A DNA stretch of 63,634 nucleotides, the filler included, from Blastocystis sp. subtype 4 (lineage: Eukaryota): assembly GCF_000743755.1 (NCBI RefSeq). It is 2 parts of 2 records of this genome, joined end to end, with 100 filler letters (N's around TTAATTAATTAA, not from the genome) between each part and the next. Parts side by side here need not be neighbours in the genome. Positions count along the whole stretch, not along the records: positions 1 to 31,809 come from NW_014569437.1; 1 more part is not named here. The stretch is one strand, 5' to 3'. The translations under genes were made by a program, and so were the position numbers. Below are positions 1 to 12,800 of the stretch, in pieces; within the stretch, counting starts at the first letter, position 1; the number at the start of each line of letters is the position of its first letter. The notes beneath the pieces are model-generated. The model saw nothing but the letters and a program-made list of their open reading frames with translations, was not told where the DNA came from and did no database searches.

Positions 1-146
1 ATACACTCTCTTTCAAGTACTCTTTCCACTTCATTCTCCATTCTACTCCATTCATCTTCTTTGATATTGATTCAACATTATCTACAATCATATTCTTATC
101 ATCAATCTTTTATCCTATTCAAATAGGAATGAAAGATATTATTTAC

Positions 147-162
147 GTTTTGTTCTAGCCAT
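147..162 (-). CDS. Possible first exon (MARTK) of a histone H3-family gene running off the left edge of the window
   Basis: ATG GCT AGA ACA AAA C followed by a GTAAAT donor. MARTK is the H3 N-terminus, but only 5 codons are visible and the nearest AG gives a stop, so a longer intron is needed. Confidence 0.3.
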
Positions 163-456
163 AAACGAATACACGGGAATTAATCCAAAATTATCAATCT
201 CATTTCAGTCAAGTGTTACATTAACTCATACAAAATGGTCTCTGTCCTTATTATTCCCATTTCTTACTGTAATTCAGATCCCTTCTTTATAAAGTTGTTT
301 TTAGTAATCCTCTTAACTAATTGATGTTTAGTGAGTACTGAACAATTCCATATAGGACACAGTACAACTTTACTATAATAAGAACAAGGATTCAGCGGGA
401 ATTCATTTCTATATTCAAATCACAGCAAGTTCACAAACAAACAGTGATAACCATCA

Positions 457-2498
457 TTAACCCTTCTTCTCCATTTCCTTTTGAATCTCTGTGACAGATT
501 TCGCCTCTATTGGCTTCAATACGTTCCATTTCTTCCCTGAGGATTTTACTGGCTTCGGTTGTTCGATAACCTCTTTCTTTGTTTCCATAGGTTTCTTCGA
601 AACAGTATGAGCAACAGGTTTCGCAATTACTACATCAAACTCTACCTCAGAACGTACCTTTAGGAACAGCAGCATCAACAATCGGCTTTAACACAGAATA
701 TAACTCTTCAGGGAGAGTAGAAGTTACTCGCATCTTCGCAAAGAGGATATAAATTGCACTTAACACTTCTTGATTCTGTTCTAAAATAGATTTGTCAATC
801 AACTCCGAACACATCACTTCTATCTCAGTTGCAAATCGACGAAGCGAAGAAGCTGCCTCCAAATCATTTGCTACAGAACGACGCAGTCTTGCTACTTCAA
901 GGATTCGTTCATCATGATGACCACCATGTTGGACCTCTTGGGAAAGACGATCAGCTTCATTGCGATTGAGCATAGCACGATCTTCCAAAAAGTTCACACA
1001 TGTCACTTCACTCTCCAAGTACTCAATTGTGGCCTTCCACAGCTCTGTTCGATCCTGAATCTTCTTCAAGTCACTCACCGATTGGACAATCTCCGCTGAC
1101 TTCTTCTGAGCAGCCTCTAAGTCATTATTCACTGCACTGCAAGCCATTGCCACGTTAGCCGTTGCTGCTGCTGTGGCCTGACGAGTTTCCAGTGATTCCA
1201 ATTGTCTCTGATACTGACTCTCCTTCTCATGGACTTGGGACTTTGCCTCCTCATATTGACGCTGACGAGATAGTAGCTGTGACTCAATACTCTCCAATTC
1301 CTTGCGAAGAACATCACGACGCTCCTGAAGTTCAGTCACAGACTTCTCTAGCTCCACCATCATCTCTACTGAAGGACGAGTAGCTTCTTGCTTCTTCTCC
1401 CGCAATGCTTGGAGTTCAGCAGATAGAGTTTCACTTTCTCTTTGAGCCTTTGCTGCATCCGCTGGAATCGGAAGACGAGTAGACAAATCCATAGTGCCAT
1501 GATTCGATACTCCTGACTCTGTCTGAAGGTCCAATGATGAAGCAAGAGTCGCTGCTTCAAATTGCAACTTGGCAATCTTATAACGAAGATCACGACGCAT
1601 AAACTGACTCTTCGGTTCTTCACCTTCAATGGCTGCTACTGCGATTCTGGACTCATCTGGTATTAAAAAGTAATTAAACCTTTACGAATCAGAGAGATCA
1701 GGTTAGCAAGATGGAGCATACCACGATTCTCTGTGTTCATTCCATTAGCAAGACCTTGGAGTACTTCCTCAAAGAGAAGAGTTGATTCTTCTACAGAGAG
1801 AGGAAGTTGATTCACATGATCATGCAAAGTCAGGAATGCTTTCGCTACCTGAACACTCACCTCCTATCAGTCATATACAACTCCAAAATGTACAGAGGGA
1901 AGGAAAAAGAGCGTTCGGAAAAAGGTATCGAGCAAACCATCAGGAAGAGTCAACCCTTTCTGAAGAAGCATCTTCTTGAATAATTCATGAAGAATGGTTC
2001 CATTTAACAAAACCTGTCTCTATCCATGAAACTGTTAATCAAATCATACATCTTGTTCAGAACTAGAATTGAACCAACGAATCAGTCCATCCAGGATATC
2101 AGCAATTCCAGGGAGAGAAATCACTTGATTCAATTTGTGCTCAAGGCTCGAATTGGAATTGGGTTTCTTCTCCTCCTTTGACTTCTCAGGTTCTTTTTCG
2201 ACATTTCTCTATACAATGAAGAGCAATACCAATATCAACACTCAAGCGTTCTTTGATTTGCTGAATAGCCAATTCGACATTCTCAAAATCATTTCCTTCC
2301 GACCACATCATATTAAAGACTTCTTCTGCTTCCTTTCGTGAATAGCCTTCTTTGCAGACTCCAGAAATGATTTGAGCAATTGGAGCTATATGTGAGACAA
2401 TAGCATATCTCCTTACATGATAAATCTTCCTTTTGACTCACATTCATAGAGCTATCATGCTTTTTCGTTTTTTTATTTCCCTTATTTTTTGCAGGCAT
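457..2498 (-). CDS. Uncharacterised multi-exon coiled-coil protein
   Basis: Same-strand ORFs 2313-2510, 1663-1860, 647-1600 (heptad-rich, E/Q/K/L) and 457-681 are joinable by short introns. Lys-rich start MPAKNKGNKK. TGTTTGTT lies at 443-436 after the stop. Confidence 0.6.
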
Positions 2499-2636
2499 TG
2501 TCAATTTCAATAGAACGCGAAATACTATTGTTTAGTATGCGATAATCTGTCAACTAAATGAACTTGCTTTTTGTCATGAGAATTGGGTGTGAGTTTCGCT
2601 CTGCCGCAATTAATGATCATTGTCGCCATATCTTAG

Positions 2637-2644
2637 AACAAACA
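2637..2644 (-). terminator. TGTTTGTT downstream polyadenylation element (GBF1)
   Basis: TA|GTAG-TGTTTGTT directly at the stop. Confidence 0.8.
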
Positions 2645-2647
2645 CTA

Positions 2648-5600
2648 CTACACCAAAATCTTTTTTAGCATCTCTTCCTTGAATGAACTGAGTTGAGTTA
2701 CAGTATGTCTCCATAATTCTGAACATTCCTCCATTGTCTCTGATTCTTTTCCCTCTTCTTTCACTTTCTCCTCCTTCTCTTTTACTACTCTAAACAATCC
2801 AAAGGTATTAGCGTGACGCAAAATCGAAGTGACAGCTTTCTCATTCTCCTGACGAAGCGGACCATCAGGAATGCTCACAGTTTCAATGAACTGGAGAACA
2901 CTCATGATCTGTAACCACAGAGTAGGGAAACCTTCCATAAGCAACAGTGATTCAAATCGAAGTTGTAACACATTGAATAGAACCTGATCCAACCGTTCTA
3001 ATACTGCATTCTCTCGCATCCTCGTCACTCGTGGCTTCTCTTCTGTCGAATTACTAATACCAGTCACTTGTAATAACACTTCCTTCATTGTAGGGAGGAA
3101 TGTCTGTGATATCAAACTGTTATATGTCGAAGCAGGAAGTAATAACAATGATTCATCACACATTAGTTCTTCCAATACCTCCAAAGCCTCCAATTGCATT
3201 GATTCTTCTGTTCTTGTACACTGTTTACACACAATAAGGAGGATCGGAGTCCAGAGACTCTCCAATGATATACTGACTTCCTTTTCAGCTTGTGATCGTT
3301 TATAAATACGCCAACAATTGTGACTAAGAAGGCAGATATCTTCTAATAACTCTGAATACACATCTCTTGTGAGATATGGTGAATCCAAAACCTGAGTAAT
3401 AAGAGTGAGAGTTGAAGGAGGAAGTGAATCCACTGTATCGTTTCCAAACATGAGAATGATACATTTGTAACAACGTCTAGTAGTTAAGATGAAGGTAAGG
3501 AGTTACGTCATTGCATGAGGCACTGTTAGACAAGCTTGAAGAATTTCAATAATAGTATCCCAACAACCAATCACAGCTATTGTTCGATTATATTCAGCAA
3601 TCAACACAGAGATACCAGAAGCAAGAAGAGGTGCTAATGCTTGGAAAGTATCAGGAATGAGTCGAGTGACAGCAGTGAGAATAGAAAAGAATTTGTGAAT
3701 AGGATCAGTAGCATTATAGTTAACACAAGCACAAATGAGATCAAATGAACATTCCACAACAGCTTGGATCTCCAGATTCAAATAAGTACACGACTCTACA
3801 ATAGAAAGGAAGAAATTCACGATATCATCTCGAATTATTTCAATTCGTTTGATATTTGCTTTGAATAGACCAGTTAACAATTCAACAATGAATACACGAG
3901 TATACATACAAGCAATAACAGAAACACGATGTTCTTTATCATCCTTACGTTGTCCCAATTCTAAATAAGAGTGAGAGAATAAATGATACGATAGGGCTGG
4001 TTGGCAAGGTGAATAGCTGCTTGAATCACCAACTGAAGACTTGAATTCGACCATTCCAGAGACGAAGCAAAGAAGAGATCCAAGCGACACTTTTCAATAC
4101 ATTCTAAGACATTCTCAATACATTTGACTTCATGAAGTGTAAGTTCGTAAGGATTTGGAGTGGATTCGGGATCTGAAAGATCATCATCAAAGGGACCGCT
4201 AGTTGGTGTTATGACTGGATTGGAGTTGGCTGTATCAAAAACATTATTGGATGTTTCTGAAGAAGCTATCTTGCTTGGATCATCTCCAGGAGTTGATGTC
4301 ATTCTAGGTACTTCAGGAGTAGGTACCTTAGCAGACTGATCAGCATATTCACTTTCATTCACTTTCTCATCTGAATGATCACTGTAACTCTCATCAGTAT
4401 AATCACTTACACTATCACTATCATAAGAATAATCACTTTCCTCTTTCTCTTCGTTATTCACATCATTCCGACGATGATGAGGCATAGGAAGAGACATTCG
4501 TTTTTTCAAATCCAACCACATTGAAGGATCGATAGGAGCTAACTGAATATTCTTCTCAACGTCATCTTCTTCAGGACTCCATGCAAATAATCGAGACAGT
4601 AATCCCTTACGAGTTGAAAACCGTTCTTCCACCAATCCATCTACCATTGCCGTCAAATCCACTCGTTCATTGTCCGATAATAATTGATACTGATGATGAA
4701 CGTATTGAGATACGGGGAATAACCCAAGGAAGTACAAATGACACAAAGCGTGAATCACTTCCTCCCAACTCTTTCCAAGACTATTTCCCAATTTACGTAC
4801 AATGCCCAATAAAGAAATAAGCGATAATTGTGAAGAGGCTTTCTCACCCAACACAACAATGAATTCAATTGGATCATTCTCACCATTTTCTGTTATGTAT
4901 TCACTTGTTATTCGAGAGAATTTCGAAAGGAAATAAACAAGACTATCCAATACAGCTGTCATATTGAAGTACGCTCCAATATGAGCCAATGTAACAAAAC
5001 TATCCAATGCAAATTCTAGCAAGCGATGTTCTTTCACAATTTCCAGTAATGCTCCTGCAGCTGCCAATTGAGGACCCCAAAGAATAGAGAAAATATCACG
5101 GTCATACATTCCTGCGTTACATTCCTTACAATTCTCAAAGAATATTGAGGAATGACCAATAAACTGTTGTGAAGGAGTATGAGTTTGACGCATCACATTC
5201 ACCCATTGTTCATTCCTTAACTGATCACTAGTTGCTGCGGAACTAGTGAAGATTTGCTCACTAGCAATAGACTTATATACTCCAATCAAGAACTCCTCTG
5301 TGAGCTCACGACCCTTATTCATATCTCCGTAAGACTTATTCAACTTGATAAAGTCTTTCAATTGCATTCGACGTTCTGGCTTCATATTAGGATTGTGCAA
5401 GTCCGTATTCAACATGATTATACTGAAGCACACACAGTATGTTACATCAGGGTTAATTAGAAGATCATGCTCTGTTGTCTGTTCATAAGCCCATTGAGCA
5501 AATGTTTCCATTATTCGATCAATTTGCTGTGCTTCTCCTGGTAAACGGAATGTATCCAAAAACATACGCAATGCAGTTAATAGTGAGATATTTCGGAAAT

Positions 5601-7483
5601 CAAAAGTTCGCACATATTCGTACAAAGTCTGTTTATTTTCGTCCGTATTTTTGCCTAAATATTCACCTATTTGTGCCTTATCTAGTCCAGGTGTAAATCG
5701 TAAGAAGTGCGCAATATCAGCAGGAGAAGCAGGATCAGGAATTAACTTCGCTTCTTGTAAGTATTTGATTCCTTCCTTTGCTGACTGATTGAAAACGAGT
5801 GCACCTTTCTGCAGAGTTCGCTTCTTCAATTTCACAATCCATAGCATTTGGGGTGATATATGGTATGGGCATTCTTCTTTCAATTCAGAATTCTCTTCTA
5901 TAAGGCCACATCCTTCGTCAATAGCTCGTTTTTGTTCCTCCAGTTTCATATCGATTCGATGGTCAATACAATAGATTCCATTCAACATAACTCGTAACGC
6001 TTCTGTTGCTTGTGTCGACACAGACACATCATTCAATACAAGCTCTGATAACTATGTCAACAAGCAATCCAAGAACCTACCAATTTGTACAAGGTTTCCA
6101 TTACATCACTACGTTGAGGGTCACAATCATAGTTCACATACAAATCCACAAGGAATGCAGGATCATAGGAGAGGTCAATCAAAGTATCCAAGACCAATCC
6201 AACCAGATTCGGGTTTTTACTGTTTCCCTCCAGCACCCAGAATACAAGACGCTGGAAAAACACTTCCAATTGTAACTTCAATTCAACTCTCATTGTAGCA
6301 GCAAAGAATGTGAAAATACGAAGAATTTCAGAGAGCATTGGTAGAGGTGCTGAAGGACGTAATGCCAGCATAAGTAAATGTTTGAAAAACTCATCTGATA
6401 TGATGCAGAATAATGGTTCTGAAGAAGCTATCATACCTCCACAAGATTCTAAAGCCATTCGCATCAGACGTAGGCACAATATCAGAGTATTGTTAGAATC
6501 ATCTTCTGATACTCCAACACCACGTGCCTACCCTCATAATCCTTCAACAAATTTACATTTGGGTTGATACGCGAAGAAAGAAAGGTGATTATACGCAGGG
6601 CAGCGTTATCCCAGTTCAATTTTGGTGATTCTTCAGAGACCGTGGGTGAGGACTTCTCTGTGTCAGATACTGGTTGGGGAGTGATTGACTGAGACTTCAG
6701 AGACATCCCTCGCTGGCGTTTCAACTCAATACCAGACATCTTGTGATTCTGGAGGTGTTGCTCACGCATTTCATGGAGAGAAGCTGATTCCGAGAAACGA
6801 CGGAAGATGATAATGGTAATATCACGAAGTACTCGCTCAGCTACTTTGCGGAGAAGTCGAGAATAGCCAACCTAGACTCAATTCCATCCAAATACAACGC
6901 ACCTCCTGACTGTTGACAAAAACAGTATCAAAAATGCTCCAAATATCCGAATCACTCAAGACATTCCCAATCGGAAGAGAAATGGTAGAACGAAGTAATT
7001 CCAACATATGAACAAGAACAACCTCGTCCTGATTCCTATCAGTTGCTTCAAATCGACACCGTGCCACCGCATCAAGCAAAACACTAATCGAAGAACAGAT
7101 GGATATCGAATTCTCCGTTATAATTCCCGATTGAAAGAACGTATCCAAAGCTGTTAATACAGATTCAACAATAGGACCTGTAGCTGTAGAACTACGTAAA
7201 ACCATGATGAAGGGTTGTAGAAGCATGGTTGTATCGATCTTACTTATTTCTATTTCTTAGATATACAGATCACCAATTACCAATGTCATTACCTGACACC
7301 CTGTCCAATAGACTCTCCATTGCTTCAATCAAGTTTGGCTCCCCTTCAACAGGACTGTAGCGCTAAATACATCACTAATAGAATAAAAACACCTACAACC
7401 AGCTCCTGTCTCCAACGATTGTTCATTCGAAGTCTTGATAAGATTGTTCGAATCTCACCAACAATTATGTTCTTTGCAGACAT
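2648..7483 (-). CDS. GBF1: Large ARF guanine-nucleotide exchange factor, GBF1/GNOM class (DCB, HUS, Sec7, HDS domains)
   Basis: Sec7 motifs FRLPGEAQQIDRIME and IIMLNTDLHN. HUS box LYVNYDCD. DCB region LLQPFIMVLRSSTATGPI...CRFEATD. N-terminus NIIVGEI...NNRW resembles GBF1. Confidence 0.9.
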
Positions 7484-7644
7484 CCAAGATGACGAGCAAC
7501 GGTGATTCTGATCTCATTCAATCTGTATTCTCTCCATTTATTATTTCATTTGTTCATTTGAATACAAAATTTAGTAATTTTGGTTCGATCTAACCCAACA
7601 AACAAGGAAACATAATGTGGAATAGAACTGATTTCCTAATTGAG

Positions 7645-9814
7645 ATGCACTCAACATCTTCCGAAGATGAGTATCTGTTAATCTATCTCATAGAACAGAT
7701 GTATTCTGAAATCTGTATCCAATATGTTGTCATTTGATTTTGAAATGAATCCAATTGTTTGTTCTTCACAGCAATTCGGCTATCAAGACATCCATGTTTT
7801 CATCTTGTCAAAATCGATTCGTCTCAAATATCAATGGAAACAGACCAGCCGAGCTATGCAAGAGGATGGCTATACAAGAAATCTGGATTTGCTTTAACAT
7901 GGTGATAATTCTCTCCTTTTGCTTACTTCCAGGAGAAAGCGTTTTTTTGTTATTAAGAATGGACAAATTATGTATTACCACAATCTTCGAGACGAAGTAC
8001 GCCTCTGTACATTATAATGACTCCTTGTAGACTCCACGGGCTGTTTTCGAGATCAAAGCCTCCTTTTCCTTAGTAGATGGTGGAGTCAGCGACGGATATC
8101 ATGAGTTTTCGATTTTCGACAATGACAAGCGGATTCTTCTTCTTTCTACTGAAGACAACAAGGCAAGATACTGGATTTCAACCATTGTGAAGGAAATTGA
8201 ACACCTTCAAAAACCACATCTTCCTGAGAACTCTACCTCTGATATCGGTACTTATAAGTCCTCTCTTTCATCTAGATTTTGTTGTTCCACCTCTTGTATA
8301 TTCAAATGAACCTACATTGCTTCGGGATAGTACTGAATCAACCACCTTACCGTCTACTATGCAGGATTTTTTCTCTCTTCTCCATTCAGAAGGCTTACTT
8401 AAGACACTAGAAGGTTGTTCCCATGATTGTCTCTATTATTCTGTAAGTGATAGTCCTTATCAGCTTATGAACCTTTCACTGGATCTGGGAATGGAATTTG
8501 TTGTATATTTTCTTGTGGAGTTACAGAGTACCCGTCTTTTATGGGATCCTCTGTTTCTCGGTTGTGAAGAGATTGAACGAATCGATCAGAACAATCGAAT
8601 CCTACGTCTGTCATACAAGCCCATGCGAATTCTCTCGATTCCTTGTGAATTGAAGAGTTCTCCTCGTGATTTCTGTGTATTCTTGCATTATAGCTACGAT
8701 GAGGACAGCAATACATACTTCATCCTCTTCAAATCAACAACTCATCATCAATGTCCTGGGAAACAAGGCTATGTGCGTGGTAATATGAGTAAGTGTGCGA
8801 GTCAACTTGAATGTAGGTGTTGGCTATCGTGTGGATGCAATCAATCCCCGCAGAACACGTGTGAGTGTCATGTATGCAGTCGATCCCAAGGGGAGATTGG
8901 CCTTTTTCCCATCACTAGTCCGAGAATACGAACAGAATATTGTGCAGAGTGTTCTATGTCTTCGAACTCTTGTTAATCAGTTGCCTGAATGTGCAGTACT
9001 CAACTTAGTTGAGAGCATTATCAAATCAATGCGTGTTGAGCCAGAGCCAGAACCATCACCCTGTTCAGACCTTTCTCCTGAATCATCTGTCACTGTTAGT
9101 AGCTCCCTTCCCAGTGCTCCTCTTGAAGGACCCAAGGAGAATTGTTGGGAGGAAATTGATGGAACGATATGGAAGGTGCGTTCTTCGTCATACATTCAGA
9201 CACATGAGAAAACACCTTCACATCCCTCAATGTGTAAGGTTCTCAGTGTGGATGTCTTCAAGAGTGAATCCAAACTTGTTCATATTGCTCAACATCCCTC
9301 TAGCGCCCTTCAACAAATAAAATCGCTTCCTGAAGGTGTATCTCGTGTGTTGATTGTCAATCTCCAATTGAATGGTGGAGTAAGTATTGTGTGCTATCTT
9401 CTTGTTCCTGAACTCAAGTCAGACGATTCAGCAACACCCAGTTCCACTCTTCTACAACACTTCTTCACAGAGGATGATGCGTGGAGGAACAGTCGTTTCA
9501 AAATCCTTCCTCATATCGAAGAAGGAGGGTATCTGATCAAGAAAGCGGTTGGAATGACCCCTTGCTTAATTGGAAACAAGGGAAAGAGTTCATATTTCAC
9601 TGGAGATTCTCCTTTACCTTACTTTGAATGTGACTACGATATGGATGGAAGTACCATGTCAAGGAATCTAGGCAAGTTTCTCTTTACCTCCTGTGATCTT
9701 GTGGTAGATGTAGGATTTGTGATTCAGGGAGAGACTGCAGAAGAACTTCCTGAACATGTCCTTGGAGCTTTTCGGTGTCATCATTTGGATCTAACCAAAG
9801 CTCAATGTGTGTAA
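7645..9814 (+). CDS. EDR2-like lipid-binding protein (PH + START + DUF1336)
   Basis: Spliced PH domain (GWLYKKSG...FFVIKNGQIMYY...WISTI). START (WDP...PRDFCV...KQGYVRG). DUF1336 (WKVRSSSY...K.PS, LIVNLQ, RNSRFKILP, DVGFVIQGETAEELPEHVLGAFR). Confidence 0.85.
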
Positions 9815-9865
9815 GCTACTTGTTTCAATACACTCCGTTTATAACAAACAATTCACACATCAATA

Positions 9866-12800
9866 CTATCGAGTCATTGCTATCAGATTCCACTGAGTAC
9901 ACACACACTGATCATTCTCGTATGTACACTGGAACACACCCTGCGAATTCTCTGCCAAGAAGTCCGCAGAACACGCTGATTTTGCAGACTCAAATTCAAT
10001 CGTCTCTGCAGCTGTTGAAGCTGCTATCGGCTGATCATAGGCATTAACAACCACTCCTTCACTCCATGAAACAACATAAGTATGATAAGGCTTTAACGTG
10101 AACAAATACCCCTCCCAACTGACTTCGTAAGGGAAGCTCTGTTTGAATACAGCCTTTGATCCAGGAATATTATAGGAATTCACATACTCACCTTCCTGAT
10201 ACTCACTAATGAAGACAAAGCCGGTACCAGGGAAGACAGGTTGATCGAAGTAAAGACGGAGAGGAGCATCCAAAGGAATGTAACTATCCAAATGCTCAGG
10301 ATATGACTTAATCACATGAGGAGCGATGCTTTCATTAACAGTCTGGAACACGTGAGTAAGACGAGGTGACATCACACCATCACGGCTACGTAGGAGACCT
10401 TCAGGCAACACCACGATGTAAGATGAACCAGGACGTAACATGCCCACACAATCCAACAGAGGAATACGCAAACGAGTTGCAGTTTCTGAAGGACGAATGA
10501 TCTGGAGACACTTATTACTAGCACTGATTGAGAGAGAGTTAATCGAAATAAAGCCCTCATTCAAGAAGAGATAATTATTGAACAGTACTTCCAAAGTACC
10601 ATCTATAGGAACCAAGTCCTCTGACTCCTCAAAAGTACCATCCACAGGAGAGAACTTCTTTGATGTGAAAGTGATAAGATTATCACTCGATGGAAGGAAA
10701 GCTCCAGTTGCTGTATCTGAAATCAACTCTCGTGTTGAGGCCTTCAATTGATACGTAGTGTCTGAAGTAAGTTCAAGAGGGTTGAACATGATGTGATTCA
10801 ATTCAGCAGTATAGGAAGAATTGAAAAGGTTAAGAGAGGTGCGAGTATTCAAATTGTAAAGGATGAAGAAGCAAGAGCTACACACCTTCACTGTCACAGG
10901 ATACTTGAACGTTAACTCCATCGATAAAGGAGCAACCACATCCGAAGCCTTGTTTTCAGGCACACTTGAAACCAATTCAGGAACATAAGGAGTATTCGAA
11001 CGTGTGATTAGTATTGATTGAAGTGCATAACGATTGAATCCATCAACAGCCACACAAGATACACGATAGATGTAGTCATATCCAAAGAGAAGCAGATTCA
11101 CAAGGAAAGGTTGCTGGATGTTGGTAATATGATACAATGTACCAATTGATATTAACTCTTCAGCTGTCATCTCACGACTTGCCTCAGTTAAACTACAATA
11201 GAGAGAACATGGCTTATTCACAGAAGCAGCCACTTCAACATCATAGATTGTGCCTGATTGATAAACCAATTCCAGAGTAGGTATCAGTTCTGCCTGAGTC
11301 TTAGTTTCCACGCTATTTAGACCCTCTAAATTCATTTCATCACGTAGCAGACAACTTACAACATATTCAGAATTAGGAACCAGATCTGAGTGTGTTACAG
11401 ATATCGTTTCATCCTTCGGAAGCACAACATATTCCACTTCAGGATTTGAGAGACCATTTTTAAGTTCGAAGTTACAGTAACCAGACAGAGGGTACTTGGC
11501 TTCGGACAGAGTTACAATAATAAAGTTGTCACCAGGAGTTAAAGTCATTGTGAATGAAGGAATCTTTTCCACTGAGACAGATACAGTGGATACAACCAGC
11601 TTGCCACTTGGAATGATAGGATAACTATACACAGTGAATGAATAATCATAGCCAGGCTCTACAACTACATCAACATAAGTCTCTTCACACACTGTATCAC
11701 TGTTAGAGCACAGTGTTACAGTACTGAAGAGAGAATCCACCAAACGACGTGTGCCAGTCATCTTCTTGTAGACATATACAATGTGTTTCTGATACACGAT
11801 CAGGCCACTTGTCACATCACCAAGATGCAAACGCACCTTCTGACTATTCAAGAACTCCACACTGGGAGTCACTTCAGAAGCGCGTGTTAGATCACTAATA
11901 CGGAAGGTACGATATGAAGAATAAGGCTGGGTTTCTTCGGCTTCTTCATTGAGAAGAAGTCGATGACGCACTTGGAAGACTGCATTCTCAGGGAATTCAT
12001 CTTCAATACCAACAGTCAGACGCTCTCCTGCCTTACATCCATTTGTAGAGCTACACAGTGTTCGACGTACATGCTCGTCTATATCCATACATCCTTCCAC
12101 ACACTGATAGGCTATATCCAAGGCATAAGGCTCACTAGGACATTCAGATAACTTAGATGAGAAAGTGAGCGTTGTGAACTCACCACTCTTCTTCACGTCA
12201 ATCACATCAATCGGTTGCATCTCATAACAGTTCTGTTGATAATAAACATTGTCAAGCATGCAAGAAGAATGGCAGGAATAACCATCAGCATCCTCACAGT
12301 ATTCGACAAAGAACAAATACTCAACATTGACTTCCATACCACAGGCACGAACAGATCGACCACGATTAATTATACTCAGATCCTGTGAATGATCAGGCAC
12401 CATTTGTGCTTTCACATTCCTTAACTCCGAAGGAGTATTGAACAACAGAGTCATACAACCATTATCCAAACGAGTGATGGAAATTACTTCACAAAGCTGA
12501 CTTGTACAGTTGTTCACAGGATTACCCCAAATACCTGATGCGAAACACATACGAGACACACTTCCAATCTGATATCCACTACAGGGCATATGCACCTCTG
12601 TTGAACTGTTTGTTGCTGGCCATATAAAGTTACCAACTCGTTCTTCAGGACATACCAGGTGAGTACACTCACCACGAATTGATTGCCATGTTCCCAGCAT
12701 CGAGCAGCTACGAGAAACAGAACCAGACAAATCACCTCCACATGCTTTAGAAACATCTACGCCTCCTGCAGTCTCCTGGAAGTTGTATAGATGGCCATCC

